Assembly: GCA_016235065.1 (NCBI GenBank)
Contig: JACRMB010000010.1
Location: 70,281-134,280 of the forward strand
Length of the DNA stretch: 64,000 nucleotides
Direction of reading: 5' to 3'
Source: Actinomycetota bacterium
GTDB taxonomy: Bacteria; Actinomycetota; Thermoleophilia; BMS3ABIN01
Position numbers and translations under genes: made by a program. Of this stretch, positions 44,844-54,262 are shown one piece after another (the stretch's first letter is position 1; every line of letters begins with the position of its first letter). The notes below the pieces were generated by a model. The model was not told the DNA's origin and ran no database searches. It saw only the letters and a list, made by a program, of their open reading frames with translations.

Positions 44844-46817
44844 ATGAAAATCAGCAGCAGAAATACGCGGTCAGGCAAGCTTCTGGTCCTTCTCACAATA
44901 GTAGTCCTCGCTACTATTGTAATGGGACTTGCTGCGGCACCATCCGCATTCGCGTACGACAGTGAAGAGCTGGCATTCCTGACGCTTATAAACAATTATC
45001 GGGCGGGTTATGGCCTGCCGGCCCTCACCATGTCCAACTCATTGTACAATGCCTCTGAGAATCACAGTTGGGACATGGCTGCCTATAACTACTTCTCACA
45101 TACAGGTCGTACCGGCAGCTCACCATGGGATCGTATCCGGGCCGCTGGTTATACTTATAACACGTATCTGGGTGAGAATATCGCCGCCGGCTATACTGAC
45201 GCTCAGAGCGTTTTTACGGCATGGCGCAACTCTCCCGGACATAACACTAATATGCTGAGCGCCAACTTCCGGGCTATCGGCGTGGGTCGCGTATATAATG
45301 CCGGGTCTACTTACGGCTGGTACTGGACTACTGACTTTGGCGGCGTTTCCGAGGATAACTCGCCACCATCAGTCTCGGTACCAGCGCCGACTGGCAGCTC
45401 GAAGGTAAGCGGCATTGTGGTCTTTTCTGCCAATGCCTGGGATAACGTCGCAGTCAGGCAAGTCGACCTGTATATCGATGGCCTCCTCGTAGCCAATGAC
45501 ACAACGGCACCCTACAGCATCAATTGGGACACTACTCAATATTCACAGGGCAACCATACATTGTTCGCACGCGCTTTCGATGCAGCAGGGTTCTACACCG
45601 ATGCGAGCATCTCCGTGACGGTTGAGAACTTTTCACCAGCCAAGAATTACTATTTCACCTGGTACGACCAGTCCAATGGCGACTGGCGGGATTGGATCCT
45701 CATGGCCAACCCGACCGGTGGGATCAGCACGGCTCGCGCCTCGGCGCTTGTAGGTGGCATGACGTATGCAGACCGCGATCTCCCGGTAGGCTCACCTGCT
45801 GAGACGCCTGCATTCCCGGGTGTGATGGGAGGACCGGTTCAGGTTTCTACAACACAGCCACTAATATCCAGCCAGCGGGTGATCTACAAGAATTCGTTCA
45901 ATGAGATCCCGGCTGTTCCAGACAATACTCTGGAATCAGCTTATTACTTCACCTGGTATGATTCGAATCCGGCTGGAGGGGTCAAGGGTGACTGGATACT
46001 GATCGGTAACCAGGGAAATACGAATGCTATCGTCGACGTCTACATCGCGGGCGTCCTCAAGGGAACTTATAACATTCCTGTTGGCGGCCGAGTGACTCCC
46101 AGCTATCCAGATACTACCGATGGACCGGTGAGAGTAGTCAGCACGAACATGCAGCCTCTTATCGTCAGCCAGCGGGTCCTGTACAAGGATTCCTTCAACG
46201 AAGTCCTGGGTGTACCTGAGTCAAAGCTCTCAAGCGAGTATGTCTTTACCTGGTACGACAACAAACCTGAGAATTCCATGCGCGGCAACTGGGTGATAAT
46301 CGGCAACATGGACACCGGCGACGCCGCGGTTGACGTTTACATCGGTGGGACCCTCATGGGCAGCTATGTCGTGCCTGAAGGTGGACGCGCGACTCCGTCA
46401 TATCCGGATGTCATGGATGGACCTGTGAGAGTTGTATCCACTAACGGCAAGAAGCTTATTGTCAGCCAGAGGATGCTGTTCAAGGACAGCTTCGAAGAGT
46501 TCCAGGGGCTTACGCCGACAGATTCCGGAACAGACCTGTGGTTCACCTGGTATGACTCCAAGGCTGTCAACGGCATGAACGGTAACTGGATCATGGTTAC
46601 CAATCAGGGCAGCGTTGACGCGAACGTCGACATCTATATCGGCGGTACGCTGACCCAGCAGGTCGTCCTGGCCCCGGGTGAGAACCGGCCGCTCAGCTTC
46701 TTCAACACGATGGCGGGTCCGGTGAGGATCGTATCCACCAATTCGCAACCGCTCTTCGTCACTCAGCGGGTTCTGTACCTGAACAGTTTCAACGAGATCA
46801 GCGGCATGCGTCTTTAG
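44844..46817 (+). CDS. Secreted CAP/SCP/PR-1 domain protein with an Ig-like domain and four tandem repeats of about 97 aa from an unclassified module
   Basis: It has a signal peptide and a CAP domain (YNYFSHTG…GENIAAGY…AWRNSPGHNTNMLSANFRAIGVG). An Ig-like beta-sandwich lies at aa 176-262. Four repeats follow, each containing FTWYD…GxW(I/V)…VD(V/I)YIGG…GPVRVVSTN…LxVSQRVLYKxSFNE. Local GC is about 50%. Confidence 0.8.
   Translation: MKISSRNTRSGKLLVLLTIVVLATIVMGLAAAPSAFAYDSEELAFLTLINNYRAGYGLPALTMSNSLYNASENHSWDMAAYNYFSHTGRTGSSPWDRIRAAGYTYNTYLGENIAAGYTDAQSVFTAWRNSPGHNTNMLSANFRAIGVGRVYNAGSTYGWYWTTDFGGVSEDNSPPSVSVPAPTGSSKVSGIVVFSANAWDNVAVRQVDLYIDGLLVANDTTAPYSINWDTTQYSQGNHTLFARAFDAAGFYTDASISVTVENFSPAKNYYFTWYDQSNGDWRDWILMANPTGGISTARASALVGGMTYADRDLPVGSPAETPAFPGVMGGPVQVSTTQPLISSQRVIYKNSFNEIPAVPDNTLESAYYFTWYDSNPAGGVKGDWILIGNQGNTNAIVDVYIAGVLKGTYNIPVGGRVTPSYPDTTDGPVRVVSTNMQPLIVSQRVLYKDSFNEVLGVPESKLSSEYVFTWYDNKPENSMRGNWVIIGNMDTGDAAVDVYIGGTLMGSYVVPEGGRATPSYPDVMDGPVRVVSTNGKKLIVSQRMLFKDSFEEFQGLTPTDSGTDLWFTWYDSKAVNGMNGNWIMVTNQGSVDANVDIYIGGTLTQQVVLAPGENRPLSFFNTMAGPVRIVSTNSQPLFVTQRVLYLNSFNEISGMRL
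45639..46814 (+). repeat. Four tandem intragenic coding repeats with a period of about 297 bp
   Basis: The DNA-level recurrence ttcacctggta(c/t)ga is seen near 45654, 45947, 46244 and 46541. Confidence 0.8.
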
Positions 46818-46980
46818 GCAGGATGCAACGTTTGTGAATAGACGGAATTAGCCGGTCCAGGAGGCCGGCTTAATTCTTCTTAACTTGATGCGGATGATTC
46901 AGGAGTGGAAAATAGACAGTGTTGCTGGGTATAACATGGGAGCACATCGAAGGAGATTACATCCGGGAGTAAAAAGGTTT

Positions 46981-47057
<77 letters not shown>

Positions 47058-47202
47058 TCACCGGCGATATTATAGCACAAAGAATTCTCATTCAAACATA
47101 ATCGCCACCCTGCTCTGATTCTGGCCTAAATATTATTTTTTGCAGGGATTTTCTTTTGCCTTTAGGGAATCGTTCAATTTCCGATAGGGGTGGGTATAAG
47201 TC

Positions 47203-48333
47203 TTGAGGAATACTACTTCAAACAAGGTGAAGACTGTGTTACGAATTTTCATTGCTATCATTCTCGGTCTGGTGATGCTTCTGCTGCCGGCCGGGCTTGT
47301 AATGGCCGAGCCCGACGAAGATCCTTCTGGCGTGGCTCAGCAACAGATACAGACAATCGAATCCCAGGCTGAGGCGGTCAAGGCGGAAATGGCCGTTCTG
47401 AACCACGAACTAGAAGGAATCGTCGAGCAGCATAACGCGACCAAGGTCCTGCTGGACCAGCTTACCCTGGAGCTGGCAGACAGCCGCGTCAGGCTGGATT
47501 ATGCCCTGGAACAGCATGGCAAGCAGGAAAGGCTGGTTTCTGACCGGTTAGCCGCTGTTTACAAAGCGGGTGAGATAAACCTCCTCAGCGTGTTGCTGAA
47601 CAGTAACAGCCTCAGCGATTTCTATGAGCAGAGCCGCTATATAGCAAAAATAAACGAGCAGGATGCAAAACTGGAGCTACAGTTCCGCGAAAGCGCTGAG
47701 ACAGTGCAATCCTTGACGGACGAGATCGACCAGAAGCGGCAGATGCAGATGAAGCTGGAAAAACAGCTAGGCGAGCAGAAAGACCAGATCGAGACGAGGA
47801 TCAGGGAGCGACAGGCCAAGTTAAACCAGCTTGATGGGCAGATACAGGAGATCTTCGCCCGAGAAGCCGAGCGGGTGAAGGCAGAGCAGGAGCGTGCGGC
47901 GGCCGAGTCTGCGGCGATGCTTCGCGACCTGGAGATCAGCGATACTGTCCAGGCACAGGTAGTGCAGACCGCATTGCAGTACCTAGGGGTTCCCTACGTG
48001 TGGGGCGGCGAGAGCCCTGCCGGCTTTGACTGCTCCGGGCTCGTGAAATATGTATATGCTCAGCACGGCGTGCTACTGCCGCATGCATCGTCCATCCAGT
48101 TCAATATGGGCGCGCCTGTGCCACCTGACCAGCTGCAACCCGGTGACTTGGTATTCTTCTACGGCTCGACCGCTCCGCAGCATGTGGGCATGTATGTAGG
48201 CAAGGGAAAATATATCGAAGCCCCCAATTTCGGCGAGGTAGTCAAGATATCCAACCTGAGCTTTGACAGCGATTATGCGGGAGCCAGGCGCTACCCGCTT
48301 AAAGCCAGGACTCCATTGGCTTCAAATCGATAG
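47203..48333 (+). CDS. NlpC/P60-family peptidoglycan endopeptidase with an N-terminal coiled coil (CwlO/RipA-like)
   Basis: A signal peptide is followed by a long Q/E-rich coiled coil. The C-terminal NlpC/P60 domain reads GVPYVWGGESPAGFDCSGLVKYVY…HVGMYVG. Confidence 0.85.
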   Translation: MRNTTSNKVKTVLRIFIAIILGLVMLLLPAGLVMAEPDEDPSGVAQQQIQTIESQAEAVKAEMAVLNHELEGIVEQHNATKVLLDQLTLELADSRVRLDYALEQHGKQERLVSDRLAAVYKAGEINLLSVLLNSNSLSDFYEQSRYIAKINEQDAKLELQFRESAETVQSLTDEIDQKRQMQMKLEKQLGEQKDQIETRIRERQAKLNQLDGQIQEIFAREAERVKAEQERAAAESAAMLRDLEISDTVQAQVVQTALQYLGVPYVWGGESPAGFDCSGLVKYVYAQHGVLLPHASSIQFNMGAPVPPDQLQPGDLVFFYGSTAPQHVGMYVGKGKYIEAPNFGEVVKISNLSFDSDYAGARRYPLKARTPLASNR

Positions 48334-48416
48334 GTCAGACGGACTTCTGTTTCCCGTTTTTCTCTTGTAGCATAGGTGTGTTCCTGTGATTGGTGCTTAC
48401 CCAAACTGTTCCATGA

Positions 48417-48746
48417 ATGACCATGATGCTCGCTATTGAAATAATCGTCGTGATCGCCGCTTTCATCGTTCTGGGGATGTCTGGAACGAAGATGGTGAAA
48501 AAAGCCGTGGGCTTCGGTAGGTCGGCGAAGATGATGAACGAGCATACCCAGCCTCGCATCATGGCGCTTATGGCACAAAGTGACGTTGCCCAGCAGCGTG
48601 TGTTTTCCATCACCGGCAATGCGGATGTGCTTCAGCGCAAGGTTGAGTCGCTAAGGATCGCTGCCGGCAGGTTGATGGTCATCATCAACGCCATCCGGGA
48701 GGCTTCTGCCCGGATTTCCCGTGGCACGCGTTACCTCGGTTTTTAA
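48417..48746 (+). CDS. Hypothetical small membrane protein
   Basis: 109 aa with a hydrophobic N terminus. It sits in an otherwise non-coding gap and there is no family signal. Confidence 0.35.
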   Translation: MTMMLAIEIIVVIAAFIVLGMSGTKMVKKAVGFGRSAKMMNEHTQPRIMALMAQSDVAQQRVFSITGNADVLQRKVESLRIAAGRLMVIINAIREASARISRGTRYLGF

Positions 48747-48769
48747 TCCTCGTTCAACGCATGGACTCT

Positions 48770-49705
48770 TCAGGCCAGTATGCCCCGTGCGACAGATGGA
48801 TCGCAGCCGATAAGCGATTGAGTATATTGGTGTGAGGGCTTTTCCATCAGCAGATCCGTGGCCCCGCGTTCGACGATGACGCCATTGTTCATGACCAGGA
48901 GCTCGCGTGTCATCCTGCCGACCAGTGACAGGTCATGCGCGATCACGATCAGGGCAAGGTTCCTCTCAGACTGAAGCCGGGTCAACAGCCGGGCAACCTT
49001 CAGTTTCGCATGGATGTCCAGCGACGCGGCCAGCTCGTCGCATATGAGCAGGCCAGGGCTAAGCGCCAGCGCCCTCGCGATTACGATTCGCTGTAACTCG
49101 CCACCGCTGAGTTCATGGGGATAACGGCCGGCCAGCTTTCCGGATAGTCCGACTTCGTTCAGCAGACCGGCTACCTGCCCGTGAGGATCATCCTTGCTCA
49201 GCAGGTCATGCACTCGCAGCGGTTCTTCGATTATTCTGCCTACATTAAGACGCGGGTCGACGGATCCCCTGGTGTCCTGCCAGATGAGCTGAATTGTTCG
49301 GGCATTGCGGCGGCGCGACTTTCCCTCTCCCGATAGCGCCTGGCCGTCGATCAAGACACGGCCTGAGGACGGCCGCACCAGGCCTGTCGCAATGGAGGCC
49401 AGCGTAGTCTTGCCGGAACCGCTCTCACCTATGATGCCGATCGATTCACCTGGGGAAACCGAGAAGCTGGTCTCGGCCAGTGCCTGGATGCTCTTATATC
49501 GCTTGCTTACCTTGTCGAACTCAAGCAGGGGCAACGGCGACGCCCTCCTTATGTCCGGCGGAACTATTCCAGATATCAACCAGGCTTTTTGTGTAGGCAT
49601 GCTTCGGATGAGCGAGGATTTCTGAGCACCTGCCGGTTTCCACTGATTCTCCCTCATGCAGTACCATAAGGTCGTCAGCGAACGACGACACGAGGGCAAG
49701 ATCAT
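48770..49705 (-). CDS. ABC transporter ATP-binding protein (peptide/nickel importer, OppF/DppF-like)
   Basis: Walker A GESGSGKTT, the signature LSGGELQR and Walker B are present. The N terminus of the called ORF is probably over-extended. Confidence 0.85.
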   Translation of the reverse strand: MILPSCRRSLTTLWYCMRENQWKPAGAQKSSLIRSMPTQKAWLISGIVPPDIRRASPLPLLEFDKVSKRYKSIQALAETSFSVSPGESIGIIGESGSGKTTLASIATGLVRPSSGRVLIDGQALSGEGKSRRRNARTIQLIWQDTRGSVDPRLNVGRIIEEPLRVHDLLSKDDPHGQVAGLLNEVGLSGKLAGRYPHELSGGELQRIVIARALALSPGLLICDELAASLDIHAKLKVARLLTRLQSERNLALIVIAHDLSLVGRMTRELLVMNNGVIVERGATDLLMEKPSHQYTQSLIGCDPSVARGILA

Positions 49706-50339
49706 GGGAGATAAAGATGGTCGAGAGGCCTGTTTTCCGACGCTCGTTCAGCAGCCGGATTATCTGAGCCTGCAGCCTGAGGTCGAGCGAGCTGGTCGGC
49801 TCGTCGGCGATAAGTACGTCAGGATCACATGCCAGCGCCATGGCGATCATCGCCCGCTGGCAGAGCCCCCCGCTCAACTGGAAGGAGTGCGGGGCCGTAA
49901 GCAGGATCTCTTCGTCTATACCGACATCCGACAACTGCGCCAGTGCCAGCCGGAGCGATTCTTCCCTGCCGGCACCCTGGTGCAGGCGAATGACCTCAGC
50001 CAGCTGGTCGACGACTTTCATCGATGGATCGAGTGCGCCCATGGGATCCTGGAAGATCATGCCGATTCCTGAGCCGCGCAGCTTGCACAGCTCCGCCTCG
50101 CTGAGCTTAAGGAGGTCTTTTTCCTGGAAGAGGACTTCACCGCCAGTCACTGCGAGCCGCCTGTCCTGTAATCCCATCAGCGCCAGAGCCAGGCTGGACT
50201 TGCCTGCTCCTGATTCACCGATAATGCCGAATACAGAACCTGGCTGCAACTCAAAGCTGATGTTCCTGAGAGCGGTTTCCCCGGTCTGATCGAAGTACCG
50301 AACGGAAAGACCCTCTACTCTTAACAGGGATCCGCTCAT
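49521..50339 (-). CDS. ABC transporter ATP-binding protein (OppD/DppD-like)
   Basis: Walker A GESGAGKSS, the signature LSGGLCQR and Walker B LIADEPTS. Confidence 0.85.
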   Translation of the reverse strand: MSGSLLRVEGLSVRYFDQTGETALRNISFELQPGSVFGIIGESGAGKSSLALALMGLQDRRLAVTGGEVLFQEKDLLKLSEAELCKLRGSGIGMIFQDPMGALDPSMKVVDQLAEVIRLHQGAGREESLRLALAQLSDVGIDEEILLTAPHSFQLSGGLCQRAMIAMALACDPDVLIADEPTSSLDLRLQAQIIRLLNERRKTGLSTIFISHDLALVSSFADDLMVLHEGESVETGRCSEILAHPKHAYTKSLVDIWNSSAGHKEGVAVAPA

Positions 50340-50340
50340 C

Positions 50341-51258
50341 TCATGCCGGCCTTTCCGACCGGTTCGAACCTGGGCTTAGAGCCCTGGTAGCGGAGTCTCC
50401 AAGGAGGATGAAAACAAGCACCATCATTGTGACTGCGGTTCCGGGCACTACGACAAGCCATGGCGCCGGCTCGAACTGGCCCATCGACTCCGAGAGCATC
50501 AGGCCGAGGCTGGGGTCGGGACGCTGGACGCCAAGGTTGATAAAGCTTAGACCCGCTTCGGCGAGGATGGCGCCACCGGTGGCGACAGCTGCATAGGAAA
50601 CCAGAGGCGGCAGTGAGTTTGGCAGGACATGATGGAAGAAGATCCGGGACTCCCCCGCTCCAAGAACCCGCGCGGCCTTGACGAATCCTTTCTCCCTGAC
50701 GGAAATCAAAGACGAACGAAACACCCTGGCGAAGACAGGCCATCCGAAGAAGGCGATCGCGATGAAGACGTTGCGGCGGCCAGGCCCCATCACGGCCATG
50801 ATGGCGATGGCGCCGAGGATGACAGGGAAAGAAAGAAAGACATCAGCGGTTCGCATGAAGATCGTATCGGCGATGCGGCCACCGTATACGGCAGCAGTGC
50901 CGGTTGCGATTCCGGCGACAAGGGCCAGGCCCGTCGCGGCAATGCCGACGATCATTGAAGTCCTGATGGCCCAGAGGACCCGGGATAGCTCATCGCGTCC
51001 GTGGAGATCGGTGCCCAGCAGATGGGCTGGACCCGGGGCGGCGGCTATCTGGTCATAGTCGGGTTCGATGGGATCCGCCAGGGGCATCATCGGGACCAGG
51101 ATCGCGATGGCCAGCAGAAGGACCGCTAGTGATACTGAAAGAACCGGCTTGATTTTCTTGCGGCGCGCAGGCCTGCTGTCAAAGGTAGTGTCAGCAAGGC
51201 CGAATTCAGCTCCGGCAGCCGCGATTTCACCTGTGGTCTCAAAACTGCTATCAGCCAT
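50341..51258 (-). CDS. ABC transporter permease (OppC/DppC-like)
   Basis: The start was moved to the internal Met (MADSS…), whose ATG overlaps the upstream gene's TGA. It has a BPD-transporter inner-membrane domain. Confidence 0.8.
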   Translation of the reverse strand: MADSSFETTGEIAAAGAEFGLADTTFDSRPARRKKIKPVLSVSLAVLLLAIAILVPMMPLADPIEPDYDQIAAAPGPAHLLGTDLHGRDELSRVLWAIRTSMIVGIAATGLALVAGIATGTAAVYGGRIADTIFMRTADVFLSFPVILGAIAIMAVMGPGRRNVFIAIAFFGWPVFARVFRSSLISVREKGFVKAARVLGAGESRIFFHHVLPNSLPPLVSYAAVATGGAILAEAGLSFINLGVQRPDPSLGLMLSESMGQFEPAPWLVVVPGTAVTMMVLVFILLGDSATRALSPGSNRSERPA

Positions 51259-52201
51259 CAGCGCGCTCACCCGCCCTGACTCTCGGGTCGAACCATCCGT
51301 ACAGGATATCCACGATCGTGTTGATCGCGACGAAGATCGTGACGAGGACCAGCACGGTCCCGATGACAAGAGGCACATCACGGGAAAGGCCAGCATTATA
51401 GACCATCCTTCCCATCCCAGGCCAGGAGAATACGACTTCTGTGATCATGGCGCCACCCAGCAGAGTGCCCAGGTCGATGGCCAGCACCGTGGCAATCGGA
51501 CCGAAAGCATTTCTCAGGCCGTGCCGCCACATCGCCTGGAAGCTACTCAGCCCCCGTGCCCTGGCTGCGAGTATGTATGGTTTTTCCATTTCCGCGGCCA
51601 GTGCTGCACGAGTCACCGCGGCGATGATCGCGGTCTGCGCGGCGGCCAGTGTGATAGCAGGCAGGATAAGATTCAGAGGATTCCAGCCGCCGGTGCCCGA
51701 GATGGGCAGTACGCCCAGCCGGCTGGCAAAGAAATATTGGAGCATCATTCCGAGGAGAAAGACCGGAAGCGCCAGCAGCAGAGCGCTGGTTACCGAGGAA
51801 AGAGCCTCCAGGCGCGGCCATCGGCGCAAAGCCATGGCCATTCCCCAGCCGACGCCAAAGATCGTCTCGAGGGTGAACGCTGCCATCGTCAGATAGAGCG
51901 TCGCTGGTAGATAATCGAGGATTATGCCGCCTACGCCACGCTGGAGCTCCTGGGAAGTGCCGAGATCGAAGTGCGCCAGGCGCTGCAGGTAAATTCCATA
52001 CTGGACCCACACAGGGCGGTCGAGACCGAGTTCTCTGCGAAGATTCTCCAGAGCCTCTGGTGTCGCGTGGTTGCCTAGCGCCGCCTGGGCTGCGTCTCCC
52101 GGGACCAACAGATAAATGACGAAGAAGAGTACCGTGACGGTGCCGAAGAGCACCAGCAGCATCTGGAGCAGGCGGTGGAAGATGAATCGGGTTGTCGGCA
52201 T
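51251..52201 (-). CDS. ABC transporter permease (OppB/DppB-like)
   Basis: 316 aa with 6 TM segments and the EAA-loop region. Confidence 0.85.
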   Translation of the reverse strand: MPTTRFIFHRLLQMLLVLFGTVTVLFFVIYLLVPGDAAQAALGNHATPEALENLRRELGLDRPVWVQYGIYLQRLAHFDLGTSQELQRGVGGIILDYLPATLYLTMAAFTLETIFGVGWGMAMALRRWPRLEALSSVTSALLLALPVFLLGMMLQYFFASRLGVLPISGTGGWNPLNLILPAITLAAAQTAIIAAVTRAALAAEMEKPYILAARARGLSSFQAMWRHGLRNAFGPIATVLAIDLGTLLGGAMITEVVFSWPGMGRMVYNAGLSRDVPLVIGTVLVLVTIFVAINTIVDILYGWFDPRVRAGERADG

Positions 52202-52270
52202 ATTGACCCCAGGCCGCCCCGGCCGGTGATGAGGGACCCTCGGGCGGAGGGCCCCTCCTGCCAGTGCCGC

Positions 52271-53953
52271 CTACTTGGTGGACACGGTTATTTCATCAAG
52301 AGCGATATCGCCCAGAGGTGTATGGACGAAGTTGGTCACCCGCGGTGAATATATCATCGCGTCCTGGCCGAATGTGATCGGCACCATCGGGGAATCGGCC
52401 AGGATCTTGCGCTCGGCTTCGTTATAGAAGTCGGTCCTCTGCTGCGCGTCCGATGCAGACCGCGCCTTGCCCAGAAGCTCATCGACCTCAGGATTTGCGT
52501 ACTGGAATACATCTGTGGCTCCAATGTTGCTCGACTCGAAGAGCGGGAAAAGGAACGAATCGATGCTGGGCGCGTCCGCCTGCCATGAGATCAGGAAGAG
52601 GGAAAGTCCACCGCCGAGCATCTGGTCGCGGAAGGCGCCTTCCTCCATGCCGCTCAGTTCGACCTGGATTCCCGCCTTTTTCAGCTCAGCCTGTATGGCC
52701 TGCGCTGTATCGGCTGCCGGACCGACACCCGGATAGGCGAGCGTCAGCTGAGGCAGTCCGGCTCCACCGGGATAACCGGCTTCCTCGAGCAGCTTCGCGG
52801 TCTTTTCCGGGTCGAAGCTGTAAGGCATGGCGCCGCTCTGGTGCCCTGGTATCGAAGTGGGTACGATGCCATCGGCCGGGTATTCCTGACCCTGGAGCAC
52901 CTTGTCGGCGATGGTGGCCAGGTCCATGTCCCAGGCGAATGCCTCTCTTACTTTCTGGTTATCGAAAGGCGGTTTGGTGACATCGAAGGCGAGGAATCGC
53001 ACCGCGTTGGCGGGCCCCTGGAAGAACTTGACGGCACTGTCGTTGCGCAGCGCTTCGGTCTGACCGGCGGGAATCGTCCTTACCGCGTCGACGTTGCCCG
53101 CCTTGAGTTCGGCTACCGCAGTCGCCGGGTTGGGGATTATTTTGGCGACGACCTGGTCGACGCGCGCGTCATCGCCGTAATAATCAGGATTCTTTTCCAA
53201 GACTATCTGATCGTCGTGTTTCCAATCGGTCATTATGAACGGACCGTTGCCTACCGGATGCTCAGCGAACCTGAACTGAGGATTCTCGGCATCATCCTTC
53301 GATACGGGTGCGGCGACTGGATGGCCGAGCAGAGAGACAAAATCCGCCATAGGGAATTCCAGTGTCACCTTGAGCGTGTAATCATCTGTCGCCTCGACAC
53401 CGGCTAGTTTGTCGGTCTTGCCATCCGCCAGGTCTGTCGCTCCCATGACCGGCTGGAGGATGGCGTAAGCCGTTGATGACATCGTGTCAGGAGCCAGGGC
53501 TCTGGTCCAGGCGTAAACAAAGTCGCCCGCCTTGACCTCGGAACCGCTGCTGAACCGGACTCCCTTGCGGAGATGGAAAGTATATTCGGTGGCATCGCCG
53601 TTGGATTCCCAGCTTTCCGCTACGGCCGGCACGACCTGACTGGTTTCTGTGTCATAAGCCACGAGACCGTCAAACAGATAGCGTGCTATGTTGATGCCGG
53701 CCACCTCATCCACCTGAGCCGGATCGAGAGAAGCGGGTTCGCTTGATTCCGCATAGGAGAATACGGATCTGGATGTCGTTTCATCACCACACCCCAGGAT
53801 AAACCCCGGGACGGCGGCCACGATGAACATTGCGGCCAGTAACATTAATCTTTTCGATCGTTGTCTGAAAATCCCCACAATACCTCCTGCCTGGTTTGAC
53901 GATGCGGACTTGCGGAAAGGGGGTGAGACGGCATCAGCATGCTCTAGGTCCAC
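52271..53953 (-). CDS. ABC transporter substrate-binding lipoprotein (family 5, peptide/nickel)
   Basis: 560 aa with a signal peptide and the lipobox ILGCG. It aligns as a family-5 SBP. Confidence 0.85.
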   Translation of the reverse strand: MDLEHADAVSPPFRKSASSNQAGGIVGIFRQRSKRLMLLAAMFIVAAVPGFILGCGDETTSRSVFSYAESSEPASLDPAQVDEVAGINIARYLFDGLVAYDTETSQVVPAVAESWESNGDATEYTFHLRKGVRFSSGSEVKAGDFVYAWTRALAPDTMSSTAYAILQPVMGATDLADGKTDKLAGVEATDDYTLKVTLEFPMADFVSLLGHPVAAPVSKDDAENPQFRFAEHPVGNGPFIMTDWKHDDQIVLEKNPDYYGDDARVDQVVAKIIPNPATAVAELKAGNVDAVRTIPAGQTEALRNDSAVKFFQGPANAVRFLAFDVTKPPFDNQKVREAFAWDMDLATIADKVLQGQEYPADGIVPTSIPGHQSGAMPYSFDPEKTAKLLEEAGYPGGAGLPQLTLAYPGVGPAADTAQAIQAELKKAGIQVELSGMEEGAFRDQMLGGGLSLFLISWQADAPSIDSFLFPLFESSNIGATDVFQYANPEVDELLGKARSASDAQQRTDFYNEAERKILADSPMVPITFGQDAMIYSPRVTNFVHTPLGDIALDEITVSTK

Positions 53954-54262
53954 CCGGTCGTGGACTATTTATACAGAGCGGATGCGAATCCTGCTAATTA
54001 AACAGCTTTAGTGCCGTTTGAACGGGTCAAGCAGATACCCGTCCGAATGGATGGGTGACTTATATTATTCGACATACCGCTATGGTTATCCTGCCTTTTG
54101 AGTATCTGGAACGGCTGGCTCGAGGCCAGGTTCAGCGGCCGGCTCGACTGGTGCTCGACACGGCAATTGTAAAGGCGCCATCCCGGTAGTAAAATTGCCG
54201 TTGATATTATGTCGCTATTTCTCCAGAGAAGAATTCGATGAGGCCGTCCATGGCAATAACGA

